Positions 1 through 7,514 of a stretch of DNA of 19,554 nt are shown here, in pieces. How positions within the stretch are numbered: position 1 is the first letter of the stretch; every line of letters starts with the position of its first letter. The notes beneath the pieces were generated by a model, which searched no databases, had not been told where the DNA came from, and saw only the letters and a program-made list of their open reading frames with translations. Position numbers and translations under genes: made by a program. Location of the stretch: positions 1-19,554 of the forward strand of contig LRSL01000053.1 in assembly GCA_001563335.1 (NCBI GenBank). Direction: 5' to 3'. The DNA comes from Candidatus Thorarchaeota archaeon SMTZ1-45 (GTDB lineage Archaea > Asgardarchaeota > Thorarchaeia > Thorarchaeales > Thorarchaeaceae).

Positions 1-40
1 ATATATGATTATTGGGTAATTTAAAAACATGAAATCAGAC

Positions 41-1366
41 TTATTTCTCTCGAATTACAACAAACAAAACATCCTGTCCAGAATAACTGCCTCTAGCAAT
101 TCTGGTATTCGCCTGTATGTTGCTTCCCTCTGTTGACTTGAGAGGCACCTCAAGTTTGATGACATTTCCTTCGTTGGCATCACGCAGAACATCATTAATT
201 CTATCGCGAACTTCTTCATCATAGAAATCTTTGATGTTCATGCCGTTTAGATTATCTTCATGAATTCCAAGTCGTGAACTTGCAGTATGGTTTGCATGGA
301 GCATATATCCTTCTCCATCGATGATGAAGAAAATATCTTGAAGTGAGTCGAACACTCCTATCATTTCAGATTGCGATTGGATGATTGCTTGTTGTGCTTT
401 TGCTCTTGCCATGTAGGCTCCAACTTGTATGGCTATTGCTTCCAGAGTATGTCTGTCAGTAACTGGTATTTCATCATGTGAATGTGAGCCTAAACTAAGA
501 ATTGCCGCAGTCTTGCCTTCAATAATGACGGGTACAATTGCTATAGCTGTCAGATCTTCATAATCACTGAGTTTCCTAAGCGAATCATCTATGTCTTTTC
601 TTGAAACATACATAGGGTCAGTAACATCAAGACTCTTCTCTTCTCCGAGGATACTTTTTAGAAACTGGGCAGATATACCTTGGCTCGTAGAGAGGTCAAG
701 TTTTCCAGTCTTATCATCAACAAGGAAGATACCTCCAGTATCAACTCCATCCAACTGGACCGCAGCTTTCAGAATCCTATCTAGCGCATCAATCATATTC
801 TCTGTTTTACACAGTGTATTCCCTAGGTCTCTTTGTAGGAGCAAGGAATCCTCAACTTTCTTTCGTTCTTCAATTTCTTTTGCCAGCTGCTCGTTTGCTT
901 TTGTGAGTTCAGCTGTTCTTTCCTCAACTCGTTTCTCAAGCTCGTTTAATGCAGTTTCCAGAGCTTCTTCTTGTCTTCTTGCTTCTACCTCCGTTACTAT
1001 CCTAGTAGCTAATTGAGAAAACAACTCTCGGAACTCTTCTGTTCCCTTCTTTAGATAATAGTCTGCACCAAGATTCAGTGCTCTAATTGCTACAGCTTCT
1101 TGGCTTCTTCCTGTAAAGATAATGAAGGGGATGTGTGGATTGAACTCCCTCACCCATTCTAGTAATTCCAATCCAGTCATACTGTCATGACCAAGAAAGT
1201 GGTCACACACGATTGCATCAAATTCCTCTTCTTCAATCAACCGTAGTGCTTCTTGATCCGTGGTGGCTGAAACAAGCTGGATTCTTTCATCTTCCCGAGT
1301 AAGAAATTTCCCAGCTAAGAATAGTAGGTCCTCATCATCATCAATTACTAGGACCCGAATCTTCAT
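41..1366 (-). CDS. Response-regulator receiver protein with coiled coil, GAF and PAS domains (no output domain)
   Basis: REC motifs VLVIDDDED, AIVCDH (phosphoacceptor Asp), IFTGR and ADYYLKK. Signalling helix ELEKRVEERTAEL, a GAF-like segment (GGIFLVD...AIAIVPV...LEAIAIQV) and a C-terminal PAS (VFDSLQDIFFIIDGEG...AN). Start moved from the track's 1441 to ATG 1366, which follows SD-like AAGGTGGAGAGG. Confidence 0.88.
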   Translation of the reverse strand: MKIRVLVIDDDEDLLFLAGKFLTREDERIQLVSATTDQEALRLIEEEEFDAIVCDHFLGHDSMTGLELLEWVREFNPHIPFIIFTGRSQEAVAIRALNLGADYYLKKGTEEFRELFSQLATRIVTEVEARRQEEALETALNELEKRVEERTAELTKANEQLAKEIEERKKVEDSLLLQRDLGNTLCKTENMIDALDRILKAAVQLDGVDTGGIFLVDDKTGKLDLSTSQGISAQFLKSILGEEKSLDVTDPMYVSRKDIDDSLRKLSDYEDLTAIAIVPVIIEGKTAAILSLGSHSHDEIPVTDRHTLEAIAIQVGAYMARAKAQQAIIQSQSEMIGVFDSLQDIFFIIDGEGYMLHANHTASSRLGIHEDNLNGMNIKDFYDEEVRDRINDVLRDANEGNVIKLEVPLKSTEGSNIQANTRIARGSYSGQDVLFVVIREK

Positions 1367-1483
1367 TTCCTCTCCACCTTTTTCAAAGAGCTCTTCCTGC
1401 TCTATGATACATTTCTCTTGATTGATTGTAATAATTATCAATTAATAGATATTATACTTGTCATCACATTATTCTCTGGTGTT

Positions 1484-1520
1484 AAAAAAAGGAAAAAAGT
1501 AAGGGTTGACCCCTTACTTT
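1484..1520 (-). terminator. Intrinsic terminator-like hairpin followed by U-tracts
   Basis: Perfect 10-bp inverted repeat AAAGTAAGGG (1496-1505) / CCCTTACTTT (1511-1520) with a 5-nt loop, 6 nt past the stop at 1527. On the minus strand it is followed by TTT-CC-TTTTTTT. Confidence 0.75.
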
Positions 1521-1526
1521 AATTTT

Positions 1527-3026
1527 TTACCTCTTTCGGAAAATCACTGCAGCTACAATGATGCCCACTACCACTCCAACAACTCCGATTACAGCAACAG
1601 TCAAGATATCGAATCCTACAGGAGGTGGTGTTGTTGTACCTGTTGGAGTTGTTGTTGTTGTCGTTGTTGGTGGTGGTGCAAATCCACCTGGCACATATGG
1701 TTCACCATTCCAGAGGGCCGCAATTGGAGGTGCGACCGTGTTACGGTCAAGGGTTTCAACCAATTCAGCAATGACCTTATTATATGTTTCAGATGCTGGA
1801 TTAGTATCATTCACAGCTTTTGCGATGTACATCTCTGCAAGTCCTTGATGATCATCGGGTCTCAGGTATGTTGGTCCTTTTGGACAATTTATCGTGACAC
1901 CGCTTTCTAGATAATTGATCATCAAATCAGTATCAAGATCTGAGATCTCATTCGTGACATCTACCAAGAATTGTGCAGTTGCAAACGCACTTGCTGTGAA
2001 AAGCTCAGGCACTCGATAGGTTTGCAAGAATATATTGTAGTTCGGCCTAATGTTTCTGGTTACATGTTCAGCCACCATCCAGTCGTTAACTGCATTGTTT
2101 GGCAGTTTGTAACCATATAGACAGAGTCCAGTAGAATTGATGTAGGTTGCTGGAGGTGTCAAACTTGCTTCAATGAGGTTCATAGAAAGGATATCAATAC
2201 ATGCTCCAGCGATTTCCATATCTGATGCGACATCATAACTTGTCAAATCTGTATACAGATATGAGAAGTCTCCAGCCCAAATGATGAACAAATACTCAAT
2301 ATCCGAAACTGCATCGACAGCCTGAAGATTTAGTATATAGGGCGAGAAGTCAGTTGCAGACAAGGGTGCATACTGAATACTGAGTACTGATCCTCCTCTG
2401 TCTTCTATCAAAGTCTTCATTGATTCAACGCCATCATATCCAAAGGAATAATCAGCAGCAAGAAAAGCAAATCTAGAATAGTTTAGATAGTTTTCATCCA
2501 TGGCGTATGTAACGCCTGCATATGCATCATGCCAGTTATTTCTGGCGATGCGGAAAATGTATGGATTGAAATTTTCTGCGGTTATTGAAGAAGCAGCAGC
2601 TGGTGTTACGAAAAATAGCTTCTCATAATCTTCAGCAATACCTGCTAGCGTTGCTGCAACTGCACTAGAAGTACCTCCAACAAGAATGTCAATTCCATCC
2701 GTTTCGATTGCATTTATTGCTTGGGTTCTTGCATAACTCGTACTTCCTTGCGTATCATAGTAATGAATCTCATAAGGCCGCCCGGCTTCCGTCATATTTT
2801 CATTATCATATCCCATCATCGTCGTTGCATATACCAATCCCAACTCAAACCCTTGTTTCGTCCAAGGTCCGTAAAACCATAGACCCAGCCCGACTGTTTC
2901 AGGTGTGAAAACTCCAATCTTAATTGGCTCCTGCGCAACAGCTGGCTTCACAAAGAAAACAGGTATGAAGATGGATACTAGGAGTAGCAACGAAAGAGAT
3001 AGAGATATTGTTCTCAGTTTTTTCAT
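1527..3026 (-). CDS. livK: ABC transporter substrate-binding protein, LivK/branched-chain amino acid (type 1 periplasmic-binding) family, C-terminally anchored
   Basis: Signal peptide MKKLR plus hydrophobic stretch plus PAVA. Family motifs IKIGV, YDTQG, ILVGGTSSAVA, NPYIFR, ADYSFG and DFSPYI. C-terminal PT linker, TM helix and RKR. SD GGGAGG at 3034-3039. The ligand is not determined. Confidence 0.9.
   Translation of the reverse strand: MKKLRTISLSLSLLLLVSIFIPVFFVKPAVAQEPIKIGVFTPETVGLGLWFYGPWTKQGFELGLVYATTMMGYDNENMTEAGRPYEIHYYDTQGSTSYARTQAINAIETDGIDILVGGTSSAVAATLAGIAEDYEKLFFVTPAAASSITAENFNPYIFRIARNNWHDAYAGVTYAMDENYLNYSRFAFLAADYSFGYDGVESMKTLIEDRGGSVLSIQYAPLSATDFSPYILNLQAVDAVSDIEYLFIIWAGDFSYLYTDLTSYDVASDMEIAGACIDILSMNLIEASLTPPATYINSTGLCLYGYKLPNNAVNDWMVAEHVTRNIRPNYNIFLQTYRVPELFTASAFATAQFLVDVTNEISDLDTDLMINYLESGVTINCPKGPTYLRPDDHQGLAEMYIAKAVNDTNPASETYNKVIAELVETLDRNTVAPPIAALWNGEPYVPGGFAPPPTTTTTTTPTGTTTPPPVGFDILTVAVIGVVGVVVGIIVAAVIFRKR
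1622..1677 (-). repeat. Low-complexity (ACA/CCA)n codon repeat encoding a Pro/Thr linker
   Basis: Runs of GTT and GGT on the plus strand encode PPPTTTTTTTPTGTTTPPP within the binding protein. Confidence 0.8.
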
Positions 3027-3040
3027 CTTCTATCCTCCCA

Positions 3041-3097
3041 TAACAGTATCTATCCTGTAGCAATACTGTTAATGTTGGAACATAGACTGTTCTATGT
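3041..3097. promoter_or_regulatory. Two adjacent inverted repeats in the leader of the substrate-binding protein gene
   Basis: TAACAGTAT (3041-3049) / ATACTGTTA (3063-3071), and ACATAGA-CTGT-TCTATGT (3080-3097). A regulatory function is inferred. Confidence 0.45.
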
Positions 3098-3149
3098 CTA
3101 TCCATTTAAGGAGGGGTCCCGGCTATATATCTCTTAAGGAAACCCAGAC

Positions 3150-3953
3150 CTAAGATGCAAGTTGTTGTTGTTTACGTAGGAAACCCAGAACTATACTGTT
3201 AAACTCCTCAGGTCTTTCGAATGTTACAGCATGTCCTGAATCACGAACAATGATCATTTCTGAATTGGGTAAGTTATCATGAATCAAGCTTGAATATGGG
3301 TAAGCTGGTTTCAAGATGTCTTTCTCACCAGCAATGACACAAGTAGGTGTTTTGATTCGTTTCAATTTGTCTGTGATATCTAGCTCAAGAAAAGCATCCA
3401 TCAATCTCACAAGTGGAGGATAATCTAATAGTGTATAACGAACCTTAGCTTGTTCCAAAATAGTAGTATTTTCTCGAATGAAGGTGTCTCCAAAATTCAA
3501 AGGCACAGTGGCGTGATAGAATAAGTCCGGATTACCAAGTTCGCATACATATCTCCAAAGTTGAGCCAACTCATAAAGCACAGGTCCCAAATACGAAACA
3601 CCACTGCAAACAACCAAGCTCTTCAACATCTCAGGATACTTCATTGCAAAGACCAGGCCGAGTTCAGCTCCATAGCTGATTCCCACATGGTGCACTCTAG
3701 AAATTCCAAGCTCTTCGAGAAGTGCTTTTTGATCCTCAGCATGGATATCGAATGTATAGGGTTCTTTTGGTTTCTCACTCTGTCCCTGTCCGCGCATATC
3801 GTATAGAATAACTTGGTACTCTTTGGAAAATACCGGTACTTGATTGATCCATCCTAGCGTATTCGAAAAGACACCATTTCCAAAGATTACAGGTTCACCT
3901 TCTCCATGTATTTCATAATAGATATTCACACCATTCACATTACTAATTGGCAT
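3150..3953 (-). CDS. Alpha/beta-fold serine hydrolase (enol-lactonase/esterase-like)
   Basis: IYYEIHGEG, YDMRGQGQS, nucleophile elbow GISYG, acid GEKD and catalytic His SGH. Confidence 0.9.
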   Translation of the reverse strand: MPISNVNGVNIYYEIHGEGEPVIFGNGVFSNTLGWINQVPVFSKEYQVILYDMRGQGQSEKPKEPYTFDIHAEDQKALLEELGISRVHHVGISYGAELGLVFAMKYPEMLKSLVVCSGVSYLGPVLYELAQLWRYVCELGNPDLFYHATVPLNFGDTFIRENTTILEQAKVRYTLLDYPPLVRLMDAFLELDITDKLKRIKTPTCVIAGEKDILKPAYPYSSLIHDNLPNSEMIIVRDSGHAVTFERPEEFNSIVLGFLRKQQQLAS

Positions 3954-3955
3954 GG

Positions 3956-5506
3956 TTATTTCCCTTCTTGTCCAAAATCTTGCCGCAATTTTCGTTTTAG
4001 GATCTTCCCTGCTCCAGAGATATAAGGAGTAAAATTATCCACATAGGCTACGGATTTGGGAATCTTGAATTTTGCCAATTTATCAGTGCAGAAGTTGAGT
4101 ATCTCCTCCTCTGATGCTTCTTGCTCTGGTTTCAATACAACAACAGCCCGTCCTACCTCTCCCCATTTTGGATCAGGTACACCAATAACTTGCACCTCTG
4201 CAATCTTGGGATGCTGTTCCAAGACCTTCTCAATCTCCCTTGGATAGACATTCTCACCCCCAGAGATGAACATATCCTTCACTCTATCAACCACATAGTA
4301 ATACCCCTCATCGTCAAAATACACCATATCCCCTGTCTTAAACCAACCATCATCATCTAAAAGATCCTTATTCAACTCTGGTCGATTCCAGTAACCTATG
4401 GTCACTGTGGGGCCCTTGAATAGAAGTTCGCCAACCTCATTTGCGCTGCAATCCTTTCCGGTTTCAGAATCAACCACTTTTGCGTCTATGAAAAAGTTCG
4501 GTGTACCAATGCTGCCAATCTTTCGCTCAGCATCCCATGGATCGAGGGCAAAACATCCTGGTCCAACTTCTGTCATTCCAAATCCTTGTTTGAATTTGAC
4601 TCCATGTCTTTCTCGAAATGTCTTGATAACGTCCAATGGTAGAGGCTCTCCCCCAGATGTCAAGAATCGAACATTACTAAAATCAATTGTACCAAAATCT
4701 TGATGATTCATCAACATTCGGTATTGTGTGGGGACCGCGAAGAAAAAGTTGGGTTTCTCCTTGTTAATCACTCTTATCAACGTGTCAAGATCCCATCTCT
4801 TCATTTGGATTACCTTTCCTCCGAGAATGAAAAGTGGAATTGCATAAACATACAATCCTCCTACATGAAACAGAGGTAGGTGATTGATGTAGACATCTCC
4901 TGGAAGGATGTCTCTAATTGTACTGAGTGTATTGAATGCAACTTGTTTGTAGGTAATCATTGCACCTTTTGGCAAGCCAGTGGTTCCCCCAGTAAACACA
5001 ATGCCCATTGGATCCTCATATGAGAGGTCTACTGCATTGGGAGGAGTCGAATTTGTATTTTTCATCAACTCTTCATAGACCAAGGAACCTTCCACATGTG
5101 CTCCTTTTGTGGTCAATGAAACCCAATGATCAACAGCGACTTCCTGTATAAGCTCCAGTGTAACATTAGCCATGTCTGCATCATAGAATATCATAGAGGG
5201 AGTAAGATCCTCGATCAAATCAGCTAACTCTCGAGCTACTAATCGCCAGTTGAGAGGACTAAAAATACCCCCGCATTTCTGGCACCCGAAAAATACTTCC
5301 CAGTACTCCAAGCTGTTCTGAGCGAGAATACACAGCCGATCTCCCTTTTGAAAATCCATTTCTTGTTGTAAAACGTTTGCAATCCTATTCGCTTGTTTGT
5401 TGAATGCTCTGTATGTATACCTTCTACCGGTTTCTACATCCACTAGAGCTTCAACCTCTGGCGAGAAAACGTCCCTCTTGGACAAATAATCGAACTGATT
5501 AACCAT
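3956..5506 (-). CDS. Acyl-CoA synthetase (long-chain fatty acid-CoA ligase/MenE-like ANL family), paralog A
   Basis: P-loop FTGGTTGLPKG, LPLFHVGG, GFGMTE, WFKTGD, DRVKDMFISGGENVYP and GKILK. SD-like GAGGGA upstream. Confidence 0.93.
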   Translation of the reverse strand: MVNQFDYLSKRDVFSPEVEALVDVETGRRYTYRAFNKQANRIANVLQQEMDFQKGDRLCILAQNSLEYWEVFFGCQKCGGIFSPLNWRLVARELADLIEDLTPSMIFYDADMANVTLELIQEVAVDHWVSLTTKGAHVEGSLVYEELMKNTNSTPPNAVDLSYEDPMGIVFTGGTTGLPKGAMITYKQVAFNTLSTIRDILPGDVYINHLPLFHVGGLYVYAIPLFILGGKVIQMKRWDLDTLIRVINKEKPNFFFAVPTQYRMLMNHQDFGTIDFSNVRFLTSGGEPLPLDVIKTFRERHGVKFKQGFGMTEVGPGCFALDPWDAERKIGSIGTPNFFIDAKVVDSETGKDCSANEVGELLFKGPTVTIGYWNRPELNKDLLDDDGWFKTGDMVYFDDEGYYYVVDRVKDMFISGGENVYPREIEKVLEQHPKIAEVQVIGVPDPKWGEVGRAVVVLKPEQEASEEEILNFCTDKLAKFKIPKSVAYVDNFTPYISGAGKILKRKLRQDFGQEGK

Positions 5507-5578
5507 TTGGTATTCCCTCGATAGGAACTCTACTTTTCCTCAATCGAGAATATTAAGCACAACCAAAATAAAAATCCC

Positions 5579-6589
5579 TTACCACCATTTCAATACAGCG
5601 GCTGCCATGTTGAAACCTCCCCCAGATGAACAAAGTGCAATGTTCTCACCGTTTCCTTTCCCAGGTGGTGGAAGTTTCCCTTGTTCAATAGCATCGTACA
5701 TAGCCAATGCAATGCAAGCAGATCCAGTATATCCCCACTTATCCATTACATTATGTGTCTTTTCAAGAGGCATGTCTAGTTCTTTCATTACAGCTTCAAT
5801 AGTTCGTAGGTTTACCTGCGTGAAGAAAATCCAGTCAATATCCTCGATAGACAAATTTGCCTTTGAAACACATTCTCTTGTTAGAATTGGCCAGTGTTGA
5901 AGGTTTGTATCTGCAGGAAATCGCTTTCGAAAAGATAGATGGTGTCTATTATTCTGAATCGCTTCAATTGAGGGTGGTTCAGCTGTTCCTCCGACGAAGA
6001 CTCCCAAATGGTCATGAAAAGAGCCATCTGCAATCAGTTTTGAAGTAATGAATCCCTCTTTATCCTCACTTGCTTGCAGTATCATTGCTCCTGCAGCATC
6101 TGCAAACAAAGTACAAGTGTAGTGATCAGTCCAATCAACAAATTTGGTCATTCCGTATGCTCCGATAACCAAAACCGTATTAATGTCCGAATCTGTTCTT
6201 ATGTATCGGGAGGCTATGTCTAAAGAAGTAACTAGTCCTGCACAAGCACAATTGACATCAAAGGTACCCGCATTCTTGGCACCGATTTTGTGTTGAACCA
6301 CTACTGATGTCGCTGGAGAAAGATAGTCTGGTGTATCAGTACTCAAAATTATTAGGTCAAGCTCCTCAGCATCGACACTTGCTTTTTCCAATGCTTCACG
6401 ACTTGCATTTCCTGCAAGATCAGATGTAACCTCATCTTCAGCCATGATATGTCGTTGTCTAATACCAACATTCTCAACTAACCAATTGGCAGTACCTGGA
6501 CGATGAAGCATCTGTTCAATGTCTTCATTTGTCAACATCTTCTCAGGAATGTATATCCCCAGACCTGTGGCCACAGCTGAGCGAACCAT
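5579..6589 (-). CDS. fabH: 3-oxoacyl-ACP synthase III (FabH)-like enzyme with non-canonical active site, paralog A
   Basis: GIYIPEKMLTNED, GIRQRH, STDTPDYLSPATS, DVNCACAG, LFADAAGA and SGGG. The HQAN and GNT motifs are replaced by TQVN and GYT. Start set at ATG 6589 (track TTG 6619). Confidence 0.88.
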   Translation of the reverse strand: MVRSAVATGLGIYIPEKMLTNEDIEQMLHRPGTANWLVENVGIRQRHIMAEDEVTSDLAGNASREALEKASVDAEELDLIILSTDTPDYLSPATSVVVQHKIGAKNAGTFDVNCACAGLVTSLDIASRYIRTDSDINTVLVIGAYGMTKFVDWTDHYTCTLFADAAGAMILQASEDKEGFITSKLIADGSFHDHLGVFVGGTAEPPSIEAIQNNRHHLSFRKRFPADTNLQHWPILTRECVSKANLSIEDIDWIFFTQVNLRTIEAVMKELDMPLEKTHNVMDKWGYTGSACIALAMYDAIEQGKLPPPGKGNGENIALCSSGGGFNMAAAVLKWW

Positions 6590-6669
6590 ATTCAACAACC
6601 CATAAGTTTTCTTTTCCAATTGAACACTTTTTCTAACCCGCTAACCTTCCAATGTTGCTTTGGAATAAA

Positions 6670-7509
6670 TCATCCTTTCTCCACTTCATCTATAAAATTC
6701 ATTACCTCTTGATTGAATTCTTCATACTTTTCAATGATGACAAAATGTGATGCGCCTTCTATAATTTTTAATTTTGAATTTGGTATACGCTCCGCTAGCA
6801 GTTCTCCGTTCTTCGTTGGTACTGCACGATCATTATCTCCGTGTAGGATAAGTGTTGGTGCAGTTATCCTGCTTAATTCCAATTCGGAATCAAATTTACT
6901 TGTTGCTGTGCTTTGGTGCACTTGCGCGTATAACGGTGTAGGATGTTTTTCTGCCCATACATCAATTTGTTCTATTACTGAACTGTTTTCCTGGAGGAAT
7001 TGTGGACTAAAGGTAGCTCTATAACGCATCTCTCGGGCTTGTTCTACCGAGATTGTTTCTGTAGGTAAAGCAATTAGCAAAGCCATCGTCTTATCATCCA
7101 TCGGGACATAATTAGATCCTCCAAAATGAGTGGAAGTTAAAATCAAACTTCGAACTTTTTCAGGATATGAAATGGCAATCTGCTGTGCAATCAATCCTCC
7201 CATTGAGATTCCTAAGATATGCGTGGTTTCGATCTCTAGTGCATCCATCAGACCAACTGTATCAGCAGCCATCATCTCTATAGTGTATGGATAATCCGGT
7301 TTGGAGCTTTTTCCTGCTCCACGATTATCAAAGACAACACATCTGTATTTTTCCTTGAAGGTAGGGATTTGTCGAAACCAAATCCAGCGATAGCTTGCCC
7401 AGCCCCCAATTAGTACAAGGGGCGGAGTGTCACTCAGTCCATGAATCTCGTAATAGATATCGATATTTTCTACAGAGAAATCGGTGTTTCCTATCCTTGC
7501 GTATGGCAT
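6670..7509 (-). CDS. Alpha/beta-fold serine hydrolase (enol-lactonase/esterase-like)
   Basis: IYYEIHG, FDNRGAGKS, GISMGG, HGDND and ASH. Start set at ATG 7509, 5 nt after the livM stop, because the track start overlaps livM. Confidence 0.9.
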   Translation of the reverse strand: MPYARIGNTDFSVENIDIYYEIHGLSDTPPLVLIGGWASYRWIWFRQIPTFKEKYRCVVFDNRGAGKSSKPDYPYTIEMMAADTVGLMDALEIETTHILGISMGGLIAQQIAISYPEKVRSLILTSTHFGGSNYVPMDDKTMALLIALPTETISVEQAREMRYRATFSPQFLQENSSVIEQIDVWAEKHPTPLYAQVHQSTATSKFDSELELSRITAPTLILHGDNDRAVPTKNGELLAERIPNSKLKIIEGASHFVIIEKYEEFNQEVMNFIDEVEKG

Positions 7510-7514
7510 ACCAA

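Noticed and set aside
1386-1395. Perfect 10-bp palindrome AAGAGCTCTT upstream of the REC gene SD
   Set aside because: Palindromes of this length are expected repeatedly by chance in 20 kb, and no second copy was noticed.
1506-1910. Cys-rich ORF (CCCTCWSCCCCRCWWWC) resembling a metallothionein or RiPP precursor
   Set aside because: It is the antisense reading of the Thr/Pro codon repeat in the binding-protein linker.
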